DNA of 64,000 nt, from contig NMRA01000118.1 in the NCBI GenBank assembly GCA_002633005.1, forward strand, positions 871,838-935,837, given 5' to 3'. Positions 1 through 15,000 of the stretch are shown piece after piece. This DNA comes from Phoronis australis (lineage: Eukaryota > Animalia > Phoronida). Each line of letters begins with the position of its first letter. Positions within the stretch are counted from its first letter, which is position 1. Position numbers and translations under genes: made by a program. The notes beneath the pieces are model-generated. The model did no database searches, was not told the DNA's origin, and was given only the letters and a program-made list of their open reading frames with translations.

Positions 1-47
1 TCAGCTTCTCCCAGCATTCCTTCTGCACGCTTGGTCAAGTCCCCTTC
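1..47 (-). CDS. PLS: Plastin exon 7 (cut by the window edge)
   Basis: tttttcttatag acceptor followed by EGDLTKRAEGMLGEA. Confidence 0.9.
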
Positions 48-3000
48 CTATAAGAAAAACAAACTTTTGAGTATGACAAAGGGTACTCTACTATAAATTG
101 ATAGTATGAGCAAAATGACACAAATAAACGCATGAAACAGCACACCACCTGAGTTATCAAACTTTTATCATAATTTTATTTTATTCATAATTCCATGGTT
201 GTGATTTTTTGTCAAACTTCTTGTAAACTGGCAGAGAATGATTAATCGACATACTTATGTTTGGTGCCTGCAAAGAAATGCAAGATAAAAAAACACTCGT
301 CGGGGTGAGAAAGGCTTGTTATGGTTTCTTATGCAAGAGAATTTCTTTTCTGCTCCAAGGCACAAGCTCCGTCTCACTGATGACTGACATCAAGTGTAAA
401 GTAGGTGCTTAGAGTGTCTCCTCACCATCTCTGCCATAGTGTTGACTCCAAACTCTGGAGGAGAGATCTGCTGTAGCAGGTGTAGATACACCACAGAGTC
501 CTTGATGTCTTCAGTCAGATTCTTGATTTGGCGGCCGCACGATGAGTTACGCAAGTGGAAGTTGACCCAGCGAATCAGGATGGCCTCTGGTGAAAGCTTC
601 AGTAGGTCTTCGATCGTTTCACCCTCCTCCAACAGGTGGATCAGGCCGGGGTGGTCGTGAAGGTTGACTTCACTCAACAGACCGATCTAGGAGATAGACA
701 ACACAAGCTATCAGTTGAAACCAAGCAATGTCAGCACACCCAACCCGCATCACCTCATTTCTACATCCTTGCCCATCACCTTATAACAAAATTTCAAAAC
801 ATCCAAGCCACAGTTCAGAAGCGTAGAAGTCACTTTTGAGAAATCAAATTCGAACGCGATTTGCAACATTGGTCCATGTTTATTGAGACGGGTCTAAAAT
901 TCAAAGTACACATGCGGCAAGGGAACGCTTCAATGGTCTGACCAATGACTTCTAATTCTTGTAAAAAGAAAAGCCTGGTTTTCATAAAGCTACATGTTTT
1001 CTTCTCCACTTGATACGGAACCCCAATTTACTTAAAGTTGCAAGTGTTTCACTACTGTGGAGACCTCGCGTGCATGATTTTCTCAACCAAAGTTGATCTC
1101 TGACATTCATCTGACAAATCATTGTTGTCTGGTTTGAACTGACAAATAAACGCAAATGACCGCTCACCTTAATGACCTGCCAGAGGAGCCCCAAGATCAG
1201 GTGGACAGTGCCAGCCTCCACATCAGTGGCGCCGATGTTGACAATGTTACAGCCGATGGACTGTGCAGAGTTCAAGGCCAGCATGTGGTTCTCATGACGA
1301 CGGTAGACGCTCAGGTTAGTCTTGTTGATGGTTCGCTCATCAATGGTCTCAGGTACGGACAGGTTGACCATTTTACTGAAACAGGTAAGAGAGAACATAC
1401 TAACTGAAGGTGGAACACTACTAAACAACGTACAACCACTGCTACTTCGGCGACACTAAGCAAAGTTTGATAAACATACGACACTTTTGTTACAATAGAC
1501 AAAGACAATTTAAAAGGGCAAAAAGTATTAAAAAAATGACTGCATGTGGCTATGCTAACGTTTCCTTTTCCTAGGTTTTAGAAACAAATGATTTCTTTTT
1601 CAACGATTCTCTTCGTCACCGATTTCTTGCTTACTTCTATTAAATACAGATTTTTTATGACAAATTCAGAAAATAGAATTTCTCTTAGTCTGCCATGTGG
1701 TGTTTTAAATGTTGAGTTTTTAAGCAATGAAATGTCTCACATGTTTGAGTCACTATATTTCGTCAAGTCCAAACATTACTTGATCATGAGACAACAAACT
1801 ACGAAACAATGACCCTTGTCTAACAAATGTGTCACAAACTATGTTACAATGACCAGTGTCCAGCAGATGAGTCACAAACCAGGTTACAACGACCAGAGTC
1901 CAGCAGATGCATCACAAAACGTAGAAACGAACATTAACAGACGAGAATGTTCTGAGCACAAGCAAGATGACTGATAAGACCTACCACAGCAGGATTCCGT
2001 TCTTGCACTTGGCATAGAGGTCTGAGCCATCTTCGTTCAGGGGAAGTAACTCTTTACAATCTGGATCACTGCCCAAACCTCTGTCCAATACAATAAGGTA
2101 ACATGACAGTGGATGCAACAGCATGGAAAAATTAACACTGGAACCAATTTGTTAACTGGCAAACTTACATGACAAGACCAAAGTCTTCATCCATCGGTTT
2201 TCAGTGAGGCTATATTAATTATGGGTTGAAAATACTTTACTTGTTACCAATGCTAATCACTGAACAAAGCAATCAGTAGTGTCTTGTAACAAACTTTGTG
2301 AGACGTTGCCATATATTGCAATTGGAGAACTCAATCTCATAAGCTTTCATCTGAGACTGACTAGCATTACTCAGCATTTTCATTAAGATATGGAAGTAAT
2401 GACATTGCACATCGCACAGATAAAGTTGAACAATGCTTCTGATATCACAAAAGGAAACTTATATAATGAAGTGTAACTCAAAACTCTTCGACTAGGTGGC
2501 AGTAGTGTACCTGTTGATCCAATCTGCAAATGCCACTTGTTCTTCTTTCCTCACAGAATGCGTGGTACCACTGGATGAGGCCTCAGTGGTGCCCCCTTTG
2601 GTCTCCACATTGTCTCGTGTTTTCACATGCTTTTTGAATAAACGACCAAAATCTCTCTCCTGGCGTAACTCCATGTACATCTGAAATGACAAGAAACAAA
2701 GACTCATGATTGTATCCTCTTTCAGTGATTATTTAACCTTGACAACTTTAAAAGAGATGTCATGATATAGTAATCCTCACCTAGTCACCTGCTCTGCTTC
2801 TGTATATTATTAGTGCCAGGGCTCAACTGGGCAACCTGCAGCTCGTCAATGCGACCTCAGAATTTATTTTGTGGCCTGATAGAACTCTAGGTCAACACAA
2901 GCATCGTTGTGGTAGGTGTCCTTGATTTGGCGAGCTCATTTCCCCTATGGCAACCTAGGAATTTTGCCAGGAAATTGGCAAGTTGACATTATGCTCTGCT

Positions 3001-6000
3001 TCTAACCCTGAGTGCATTTGAATCAACAGATGATCTGCCAAATAAAATGCCAAGCTAAACAAATGAAAGCCTAGATAAACACACCAGTTAAAGTTTAGAG
3101 AAACAACATACAGGTTAACATCCATGAAAAACTTACATGCTGGAATTCTTCAAAACTGATCTTGTCATCTTTATTGATCTTATCATATTTCTGCAGCAAG
3201 TTGCGAATTTCGTAGCCAGCAAGCTTGATGTTGACAGATGCCAAGGCCTCTCCTAGCTCAGCTTCTGATAAGTTCTTGTTGCCGTCCAAATCAAACTGAA
3301 GACATAGAGTATTAAAGGTTATTCAAGACAACTACACAACATCATACCATAAAAATTGTTCTTGGGTTCAAATGAAACATTCAGACACAGAAGGTGGTGG
3401 AACCCAAGCAGCACTCAAGAATAAGTTAAATTAATGAAGTATTATTCAGTGACTTCAGAATTTACCAAATTGCAAAAATTTTTTAAGTCTGGTCTGCACA
3501 CCACCTGTTGGCCACATCACGTGAACAAACAAACATAAATCTGAAAAGATTTCTGCCCCGACTGGGACTCGAACCCAGAACCTTCTGCTAACCGCGCAGA
3601 AACTCTACTCCTCCGAGCCATCGGGACCACTCGTCGAACATAGAAATTCAATCAGACTTAGCAGTGGGTATCCAAGCGATAAATTTGAGTGTATATGAAT
3701 ACGTAACTCTTGAACAAGTGTGAAAATACAGATCGCCAGGGCTCGACATAACGAGCTGCAGGTCGCATTTGCGACCTGAAATTTGGAAATGCGAGCTGAG
3801 ATTTTTGTCAGCTCGTATCAAGTCGCAAAATGCGACCTGAAATTTCCAACGAATGCGAGCTGAGTTTTTACACTTCTCGGCAGATACCTGGCAAATATAA
3901 AGCAACTATTGTTAATCCGACCATTACTTGGTTGTTGCCAAATCCAAGTTCAAAAGACCACTAACTGAGAACAGCCCTCCCGTAAGCAAGTCGCGTGACC
4001 ATGAAATATGCAGAATCAATCTTTGACGAGTTTCATTGGCTAACATTTTCGGCCACTTTTGCAAATATCCGGATTTGCCGAAGAAAGTATCGGGCCACAT
4101 AACACATGATAAAACCTGAAAAAACAATGGTGTTTCTATTAATTCTTAAGCGATCAACTTATCAAACTTTGTGGTGGACAAATATGTTTGTTTTTCGCTT
4201 AAGATGTCCTTATTACCTTTACCAAATATCCACGACAATATCCCTGATATCGCACTGCCGCACTGGTCGGTCCCGTTGTTAGCGCGCAAGCGATCCNTTT
4301 GGCATCTGAAAATCCACTTATTCATGCTTTCAAGTGGAGTCCTCTGTCCCAGTTCAAGAGGGGGCGCTGACTGTTGATGTTTATGGCCTCTTTGAGCTTA
4401 CGAGCATGCCAGTTTTGTTCCTTGGAAAGGATCCTGGATGACGCCAGAGAGATGGTATGCCCAGTCGCCTAAATATGTTCCCCCACAGCTGTTGGTCTGT
4501 CCAGTTTCAGATGTTCTTTGAATCTGGTAAGGAACGGTCTCTTGGTTTCTCCAATGTAGGTGTGGTTGGGATCCTGGTCACATTTCAGCCGGTATATGAC
4601 CCCACATTGTTTAGCCATCGGTGTTGGGTCTTTGGGTCAGACTAGTAGGGAACGGAGGGTGTTGATGGGTTTCATGTAAGAGGAAATTCCGTGGGTTCTG
4701 TAGGTGTGTTGTAGGTGTTCAGATATTCCTCTTATGTATGGGATGACAACGGAGGGAGCATCAAGTTTTTCAGTAGATTTACGACTAGGGGGGTCAGTAA
4801 ACATCCATTCCTGGTACCCAATAGCTTGTAGTCAGTGATGTAACGATCAGCTCTGTCCAGGAGGGTACGAGCGACAGAATGTTTGTGCTTTAAGAGGTGG
4901 TTGAAAGAAAACTGGGGGTATTGGTCTGTATGTGTGCTAACAACCAACCGACCACGTCTCTAAGTAAGTGAGTATTTTATATACTACAGTGCCTCTAGAG
5001 ACCAATGACGAACCTATTCTCCAAAAAGTACTACAAAGTAAAAAAGTGTGCTCAAGAAGAAAACATGCAGAGAAATTAGTCAAAGCTACATAACTTCAAG
5101 TCACTGTTCACCCATAACTGGTGTTTTTTTATTACCGAAGTTAGCATTTACATCATGTCACACTGGTTTTTAACCCTTGAGACATGCAGACACAAATATA
5201 TGCACCAATCCAGTGGAAACCTATAGCTGGACACAAAAACCCCAGCAGCTACACCCATAAGTAGTCATACACCACACCAGTAAAGGGAGATAACATAAGA
5301 GTTGATTACACAGAACAAACAGAGGCCTTCTACAATTTGGGTGGATTCTTCAAGCAACACCCTTCTAATTTATTGGCTGATAAGATTAACATTTAACACT
5401 GTCAGAAACCTCTGGAATTTATGATCCACTATACAATAGCCCAACCAACATAGAACCATAGAAACAGTTGAACCTAGGACCTTCTGCTAACTGAGCAGAG
5501 TCCTGTGGTTGGTACAAAAAGCTTTTTCAGATTTACTCAGTATATGAATTCATTAGTAGGTCATATGATGTGGCCAACAGGTGGCTCACTGACAGACTAA
5601 ACATATTTGTACCTACATTTTCACACTCATTTAAGGTTAGAATCACTTCTGTAAAACAATAGTTTCGGCTACTTGAGGCATTGACAATGGGAGTGGCAGT
5701 GGCAACAAGGGGAAATATTCTCCTCAACAAGCATAGCACCTTTCTCCTGAGGTGAATGATTGCTCTGCCATATGTCATAATACTGGGCTCAAAAAGAGAC
5801 AAAAAAGCTAGAAGTTTTTCAGTCACGGAAACCTCCTTCGTTTTAGCAGGCATGCTTTTCCCGACCAGAGGAGTTACTTGTTTTCACCAACTGACAGAGA
5901 AAAGCACATCCGCGTTCAGCAAACAAACTCAATAACGCAACGTTTAACGGACAGAAGTCATCAATACACCATCACAACTGTTCACATTACTGGTGATTGT

Positions 6001-9000
6001 GCTAAAAAATGCTAGTGTTTTAGCCCATACAGGAACGGCCTACCCATTCAAATATTGAGAACAAAAGGTCATCTGTGCAGTGAGTTGCCAACCTACTTGG
6101 TTTAGGCTACCCCAGTTCAGAGTCAGTTGAAAACAATTGAGGAACCTTGTGGGTCTTCAGACAATGTCAGTGACTTCAGAAAATATTGTGAAGTGTGCTT
6201 TGTTGTTGTCCAGAACTGGTTTTAACCGTGTCTTTTGGTTTTCTTTATACTCACTGGGACGATTTCAAGAGAAGTGGAAAATGTCTCACTGCTGTACTAA
6301 TACAAGCACCGCTACTTTAAAAAATATATTAATCAATAGTTTAATTAGTGAATTTTTGCCATGCATGGACACTATTAATTGTGGTACACCTATCAGAAAA
6401 TGAGACATGACGTTTCAGCACATACCCACTTCTACACTATAAAACAGAACTGTTTGCTACGACTGTTGTGCAATCAAGTTCAAGTGGGATGGAATGGTAC
6501 TAAGCACCCAAATACATAAGTCCATGCCCAGACTGTTGATATTGCCAGGAATATCCTAACACTAGTAAGCCTCATGGTCAACACATAATACCCCATGAAC
6601 AGATTATGCAAGCAGATAATCAAATTCTTCTTTAAATTTCCCAATTGTAATAGTTGGTGAAATGAGCCCATAGCTCATGTTTGCTGTTTTTATAACTGAC
6701 TAAACCAATATTGGCTTGACTTGAACTTATGGAACTAGTTAATATTTGGTGTCTCCTCCAGTTGAAACAAGTTATTGGAAAATGTGGCTACGCATTAAAT
6801 TCATGAAGTTCAAAACTACTGAAGTACAACACCGGGAAAATGAAAAACTGAAACTTTTAACAATTTCTGGCAAGCGTCAGAGTCTCCATTGCCTGAATGA
6901 GGAAGTGTTATTGTGTGTAAAGTCTTTGAACATGACAATGATCATTTAACACGGCATTTCCTTTCCACTGATGTTGTCAGTATCAGATAAATTGAATTAC
7001 AACGAGAAAAACCAGTTCCCTATAGGACTGGAGAGCATGGAGGACTGAATCCAATCTAAGGTTTGTTTAACAAGGCAAGCTGAACTGACAGAGACGAAGC
7101 ACAGTTCTAGCCATGAATATTACACAGCATTGCATGCATCCTTTTAACATTTTATTACCTCACAGTACTGAAGACCACTAAAAGTTAATTGCTAGTAAAT
7201 CCTGTAAATCTCACTGCTTTCAATCTATAGCACATGCAACCCACCCTCAGCTTTATGCGACCCCCAATCTTCCTTAAAATTGTGAGTATCTTTGTGAATG
7301 CCACATACACAGTGAGTCGGTTTCAACACCATCTTGCCATACTCCGTCCTACGGAGAAACTGAAGAGACGCGAACTGGTGCTTTTGGCTAACACGCATTC
7401 TGATATAAGAATACTTGAATGCAAGAAATGACCAGAGCATTTGCACAAGTGAATCAAGAGACCATGCTAAAGTCATGCAATCCCAACATTTATGTTCAGC
7501 TGACGAATGTCCACATCCTGATTTCTGAATTTCTAATTTTAAGCCCTGTTAAACTGGAAGAGTACGGTAAGCCTAACATCACAGTTTATTTCAACTGGTC
7601 GCCATATTGGAAGTGCCATTCTTTACAGGTACTACTACAGGCACACAGGTTAGAAATAAGCGCAATAACAAAGAAATTCACCTGATATTTTACCTGTGCA
7701 CTCCCACACTTAACTGATGATATAAATGTTTATTATGAAAAATATAATGTACAACAGCAGTCAAGGCCAGAAAGCACTAGAAAATGCTATATCTGGATAC
7801 TTTAAAACCAGTCAAGCAAAACGTTTTGTTTTACAAACACTTTCTCCATTTGTGCTGCTGTTTTTAAATTTTAACTTCAACTCTAGCTTAGCAGTCCATA
7901 ACCTATTGTTTACTTAATTGATTTTACCATGGCTTCTTTGAACTAAAAAAATCATAAATGACATTTCTTGTGATTGATTATATGTACATATATCCTGTCT
8001 ATTCTCACAAATGTGTTTTCTAAACTCAAATACAATCCAATCCACTTAGGTCAGCTCCACTCAACATTATCAAGTCCACCTCCAATCAGGTCCGCCCACA
8101 CCACACCATCAATATTCTGTCAAGTAGAGGCTTAAAAACTGAAAATCTAATCCAGTCCAACAATGTCAATGAGTAAGTACCTGATAACAATATGAATAGC
8201 TTGTTACATACTGAAAAACAAATAATACCCAAAATTTATCAATTTCTATTTCTGCACGAACTCTGTGGTTACATAAATATAGCCGAGTGGTATTTTAGTA
8301 AAACCCAACAGGGATGTCCCTGATTCCACAGCAACACTGGAATCTCACTGTATTTACACAAAATGACGACAACATCTGTCAAGCACATTTGTTGCCTCGC
8401 TTTTGTGCTACTGGAGTTTCATATGTTATTTGTTGTTGTCTGATTCGTTACAAGTTTTTCTCCGTTGTATATTACCGTACTCTATTCGTCCTTCCAATGC
8501 CAACAGAGTATTACTACTGTGCTGTGGGCTACAACTCTGACGTGAAAAAGTTTGATAAACTGGACAAAAACCCGTGAATGAGTGACCTGAAATTCTTCGC
8601 CAACCCAAAAGCAATGAAAGACACGAAAATGTGCCCGATTTCTGAAACAAGGTCATGCGGTTTCTCATCTCCAGGACAAAGGAGTTTTATTGCCATGTAA
8701 TCCAGAGCAGTCCTATTGTCAGCTATACCTACACTATGTGCCATCACATAACTCATCAGTCTGCATAAACTTTTCTTGGTGCCGATTACACACCCATTCA
8801 TTTACATGTAAAAATTTGCAGCTAAGTTGTCGTTTTTAAATAAGTTACCGGAATCTGCCCTGACATTTAAATGCAAATTTTTTCACATCTGTCTTCACCA
8901 GTGGACATGTGCAGTCGTGCAATCATGCATATTTGCAACAGGAATGATTGTGGCAGTTTGAATTGATGCAATGCATAGCACTCACTCATTGTAACAACAA

Positions 9001-12000
9001 GTGTTGCTAAGAGCATACTTAATTCTTATCAATAAGATTCAACTCTGATTAGCAACAGCTTAAGTGTAAAATTAAGCGATTGGGTACATGAACCTCACTG
9101 TGGAGCTGTGCCTAAATTAGAGAGCTTGGCACAAGAGCAAATATGTTGGCCATTTAAATAGAAAAATCCTGTGTAAAAATGCATCATTTCGCATACAAGG
9201 TGCATGCAGTTACTAAAGGGGTTACTTGGTTCGTTTCTTTCAAACATTACAAAAACCACGTACTAAAACCTTAGATTTAAAACATATATCATGGTGAAAA
9301 CAAAGTTTATCTGAACTTATCAAACTACACATTCGTATACTCAGATTTTAATGATGTGAAACAACCAGGTAATCATCACTACATGCATATCACACTTAAG
9401 TTGTCAAAACAAGACTTATAATAACATGGGTGGCACACCATAAGGGGCTGGGGGGGGGGGCTATAGCTCCCACCATTTTCAGTGCTGCGCTGCCCACGGT
9501 CAATGGGGGGTTGCACCACAGGGGGGCTGGGGGGGGGCTATAGCCCCCCATTTTTTTCTGTGCTGCACCGCCCATGTGTAAGTCAACTCTCAGACAAGTC
9601 ATCGCTTTATAGCAGTCCTGAAGACGAATCAAGTGAGGTTACATATAGTCACCATAAACTCACTACTCTGAATAACTTACCCTTCCTGCCCATAGTAAGT
9701 AGTTCATAATAAGGACTGACACTGCCTCATTACTCAAAATATGTCCTGACCTTACAAGGAAGAAAAATAAGAGCAACCAGGCACTAAACCAGCTGGAAAA
9801 CAAACCATCATTCCATTAATTTGGTGAACAGTTGCTACATAGCACTGTGTCAAGTACCCAACAGGGATGTCACTAAACCAGGGTCACCTGCTGTTGCCTT
9901 TCTCCAGTTCAAATGAAATTTCACACTGTGCTGGTGTTTAGATTTGGTTTATTTTAGACTTCTTACAAGACACAGCTACCGAGCTGGGAATTTATTTTTT
10001 AACTAAATTCGTGTTCATTTTTTCACTTTTCCTAAGTTTTATATAATTCACTTGCACAGTGTTCTGGAGTGTGTAAACTGCATTATGTAAATAATGATAA
10101 CAAAGCAATGAGCTATCCATTTCAATGAATATTCTAGGAGTTCATAGTATTCACTATTAAGGAAAACACAGCTATGCATCCAATAGACTAAAAAAAGCAA
10201 ATTTATAAAAAGGCGAACATTGAGTAACCAGTCAGTATTGATCAGCCACTCCTGTCTACTGATTGGTGACTAATTGTGTCAACGTAAACCCTCTGCAGAA
10301 CAGGTCAGTTGGATATTAGTCAGGCATGTATTTTATTGCATTCTACAACAGATTCTAAAAAACACTGGAGGCAAGGACTCGGGAGACTATGCTGTTCCAG
10401 GGGGCACTGCTTGACATCTTCGGTGACATGTCAGTTGTTTACTTGTCCTGAAAGCACCCTTAGGAACAAACTATACTTCCATTAAGACATTGGCTTTTGA
10501 CACAGCCCAACTGACACGGCACAGGACGATCGGTGTCAAACGGTGGTAAGACAGAAGTTGTAGGCAGGAATGTGAGGTGCTCATGCACAGCGATATAAAT
10601 TGCAGGAGTCACAGTTCATTATTATTATTATTTCTGTTGTTGTTATGGTGCTTCAATTCCCCCTCCCCCCGTGTAACTAATTCCAGACACTGAGTTTTGC
10701 TTCAACAAATTTTTTGATCAGCTGATTTAACCCTCTGATCAGTAGGCCTACTGTTCATAACCAAGCATTTGAATTGAATCCAGTCTTGACTGTTAACTGT
10801 CTGTAGTATTCAATTTCCAGACAAAAAATGGTGGTCAGGGTGGCTGGCAAATTGTAGAAATTACACGAAAATAATCACCTGTATATATATGCGGTTTTGT
10901 GCAAGCAGAATGAAAATGATCCCTTCAGCCTTGTCCCAGTTTCGCGTTTAGAGGTATAGTTGACAGGGAGCAAGATGATCAGGCGCAACATGCTCCATCT
11001 CACTAAGGGGTGACAAAAGTTGTTACCATGGTGTCAATTTGCCCCCTATCACTTCTGCTTACACACATAATTGTGCCCCATCATCAAGTTCATTGTCAGC
11101 AGATCCAGTAGTATACACTGGCCTAATTTGTACATTAACTAACAAACTTGGTTTTTGAGAACACTCAGATTTAACCCACATGGTACACTAGTAGCACCAA
11201 ACATTTAAAACAACAGGTGAGATATTACACAGCTGACAACGCAAAATAAAGAATTATAGCAAACAGGAGACCTTACCTTACCAGATGACAGTAAAACCTT
11301 TCTGCCTACATAATTAGGAATTCACCACTGCTTTAACTCCACCCTACTCTATACATTAAGCAAACACAACTCAGACAGGGAAATTGGAACAGGTTTGAAC
11401 ACATAGATCATCATAATTGAACCATTTTCTTTCTGTTGAATGCATTGTTTGCACTGTGTAAAGAGGACACAGCAACAATACTGCATGTAGCATAGGGTGA
11501 CTGCAAGAGGCTTAGAAAGGATGGTATTGACTTTGATATGAAACCATCATGTCCCAAGATTTCAATATGGGCAACCTCNNNNNNNNNNNNNNNNNNNNNN
11601 NNNNNNNNNNGGGAACCCCCCCCCCCCCCCCCCCCCGGGGCCCCGAGACAAGACAAAACAAGAGAGCAAAATAAAAAACTGCCCTGGCATATAATTGTTG
11701 TAACTCCAACTATCATCACAGTGTGTCTACTGCCCTTTTCATGCTACATCAACTCCGGTATGAGATGAGCCTTGATAACAATTGCAAACTTAATGAAACC
11801 TTCATGTACCAGCTTTGGTAGTTAATGGACACAGAACATCATGGCATGCGACACTTTTGTCATCCAAGTAATTGTGATAGCAGTAGCCCCATCTGATAAC
11901 CTTGATGAGACCGAAGTGTCCATGCTCCGCATTTAAGTGCACCTGCGAAGTTAACTGGCATTGCTAACCGTGAGTCAGGACCAGAGTTAACTGTTCATAC

Positions 12001-15000
12001 TAACTGCAACTCCCCAACATGTGGACGTTAGCACAATTTCTTTGATGCTAACGTTCACATGTTGGGGAGTTGCAGTTAGTAACCATTCATATTAACTGCA
12101 ACTCACCAACATGTGCACGTTAACATCAAAGAAATTGTGATAGCCACCACCAACCCCCCCAAAGACATTATAAATCTGCCACAGTGAAGAGAGATGAAAG
12201 CCAGTAGCTGCATAATCTCAGACATGACATCTCAATCATGGAATAGGACAATACAACTAGCCTAGATAACCCAAAATAGACTTCATCATATTTCCTCAAT
12301 CTTTCTAGTGTTCCTGAAATGCTGCCCTCTTGTGTTCATGTTTGCTGTGTCTGGGGTGCAAGTCTAACATTTTCTGCACAACTCAAGCAAATAATAGGCA
12401 CGTCTCCTCAAAAGAAACCTTGAAAGTGACTTAGGGTGGAGTGCAGATGGGGAGCTGCAAGCTGAGCTGGCTGCCTCATACCAGCAATACCTAGTCTGGC
12501 AGCTCATGCCAAGCCATGGCAGTGGCAACAAACGAATGAAGTGGGGGCCAGTTCATTGGAATTGAATGTGTTGTTAAGTTCAAACCTTTCAGTTGTCAAT
12601 TGCTTGTCAGTTTACATGACTTCTTATACCAAGGAAATGTAATGTTTAACACTGATAACATTCAAGTTTAGTGATCGGACACACACACTTAATTTTGAAG
12701 TCATTTTAAGATGTACTCAAAAACAATATATAATGAAATAAGGGACAAGTTTAAAAAGGACAAAATTTATACCAACTGCCTTTCCCCACCTGCTGTTCAC
12801 AGAGGATGCACAGTAAGACATTACATAACCAAATTAAATCCACAGTGAGGGTGGCACTGACCACAAGTCTGGGACTAACCACACACCTGGAACTGACCAC
12901 ACCCAATAATATAGTGTTTTGGGATGGCCTTCACAATGTGATGACAGAAAAGATGTCAACCATGCTAGGCAGTGGAAGAATGTGTGTTAAACAATGGTTG
13001 CAGCTATCTCTAGCCAAGCAAAGTTCACTTGACAGTCAACAGACAAGAGTGTCAGGGTGCCTCTGTGGTCACACTGGCATTTTATATAAATAAAGAGCAC
13101 CAGCACAACTACCATAAGTAGTGCCATTATTTACTTGCCAAGCTTCCTTGTCAACTGTCTTCACCAAAGTGAAACAAAAACGTTCTATAGTAAAATCTCA
13201 CTAGCACAAATAATTGGCATTTTTTCTACTTTTTCTTCTACTTAGAGTGCAGTGAGTGCCCACAGTTATAAAATATTACCAGGCGGTAGTTTCACAAACT
13301 TGGAACAGTACTATCGTACATTGGTGCTATTGAACTGTTTATATCAAATGTCATTCTAATACCAATAGCGTTACTGTTGCATACTTCAGCAAAACAAATA
13401 AAAACATTGACAAGCTGAGTGACACATGAAAAACCATTCCTCACTTGTCCGACTCCAATCGCTAGGTGTGAGTGGCTTTAATTTTTGAAAATAAAGTTTA
13501 TCACAAAATTGTTGGTTAAGCCAGGAAAAGGCATTATCTTCTAAAAAGCCTGCATTGTATTTCAAGCTCACCTCTGCTGCCTCAGTTCAGACAATGTGTG
13601 ACCCTGCTATCACCGCACCACTTACAATTGAGTTAGGCAGTTGCACGGCATCAGGAGAAGCCATACTTGAGTTTGTGATACTTCCCCAATACATTAAAAG
13701 TTACTCGCTTAAAATTACAGCAAAATATCAAATGAAAAACATGCATATTTATGCAACAAGTAATAATTAATGCGTATACCATGAATTTGCAGACCATATA
13801 GTACAGCAAAATTTTCCAGTTGGGAAAGTCTTCTCAATTTTACGGATTGGGACACATATAATTTGGCATTCAACATGCCGATACAAATTTTGTCTTTCTT
13901 GTGATTCTTGGATTTGAGACAGTCAGTATTGCTTACTTCTAAAAGTTGGTATGAGCTCCAACATTGAGGAAAAAAATTTAACTTTCAATGTTCCAAACTA
14001 GAGAATTTTTACTGCAAGTAAACACAATTTGAACATATCCCAGAAATTCTGTCAAGTTTCACTTAAAGTTTCTCTTGTCATCCACCATTTTGATGAAGTT
14101 TCTGGCATAAGTCCCCATTCCAGACTCGTATGACTTCGTCTGAGTATCGGAGCTTATGCTGACGATGAAAATGTTCACAGCAAGCAAAAAGCAGGGAGGG
14201 AATTCTTTGCTATTCACACTGTATGCAATGAATAAGAAATGATTAATGAAGAAAGCAAGCATTTATTTGAAACTGATTTTTGCAGAAGGCGCAAAAGGTA
14301 CTTACAGCAACGTGGCTTTGAAGTTTTTATCATCTCTACTGGGGCCAGTTGAGACGGTGGCACTGTCTACTAGGGCAGTTATTAGACAGGTGACTTCCCC
14401 ATAACCCTCTGTACATTTACCTTTGATCTCGGGCAATTTTCAATTTCTTTTGTGGAATGAATGACAATAAGAAAAAATGTTGACGGAGGGATAATTTGTT
14501 TGCATGCTTTAAGATTTGAAGACTTCAGCTGCCTACAATGGTGTTCATCCACTACTACTAGTGAACTTGAATGGTACATATAGTTTTATGACTTTTATGA
14601 TTTATCCAAAACAAGTAAAGTTATTCTAATTTGCATAAATCACTCAGGGTACAAGGTAGCATGTTCTGTTTACCTATCCCAAGGAAATTGGCATTGCCTC
14701 AGTCTCAAGACAGTTGGGTGCCTAGATCTGTACCTTCCATTAACTACAAGTCATACCTTGGAAGAAATCGATACAGCAGTGATAAAAATATTATTTGGAG
14801 GGAATTTTAATAGAGTATAACGCAGGGGCATAGAAACCCCCCAGAGACCTTCTGCGTTAATCGCGCACCTGTTGACGAGCGATCAGCACGAAGTTGAACA
14901 GGAAGTACCCGCGACTCAGATGTCCAGTCAGGTTTTGGACAATTTACTCATCGGGTCTCCATATTAATCTCGTGTTGCTTGATTAACACGGTGACCTTTA

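Noticed and set aside
3554-3627. Functional tRNA gene
   Set aside because: The anticodon loop is non-canonical and a repeat body follows that recurs at ~5.5 kb; treated as a SINE head.
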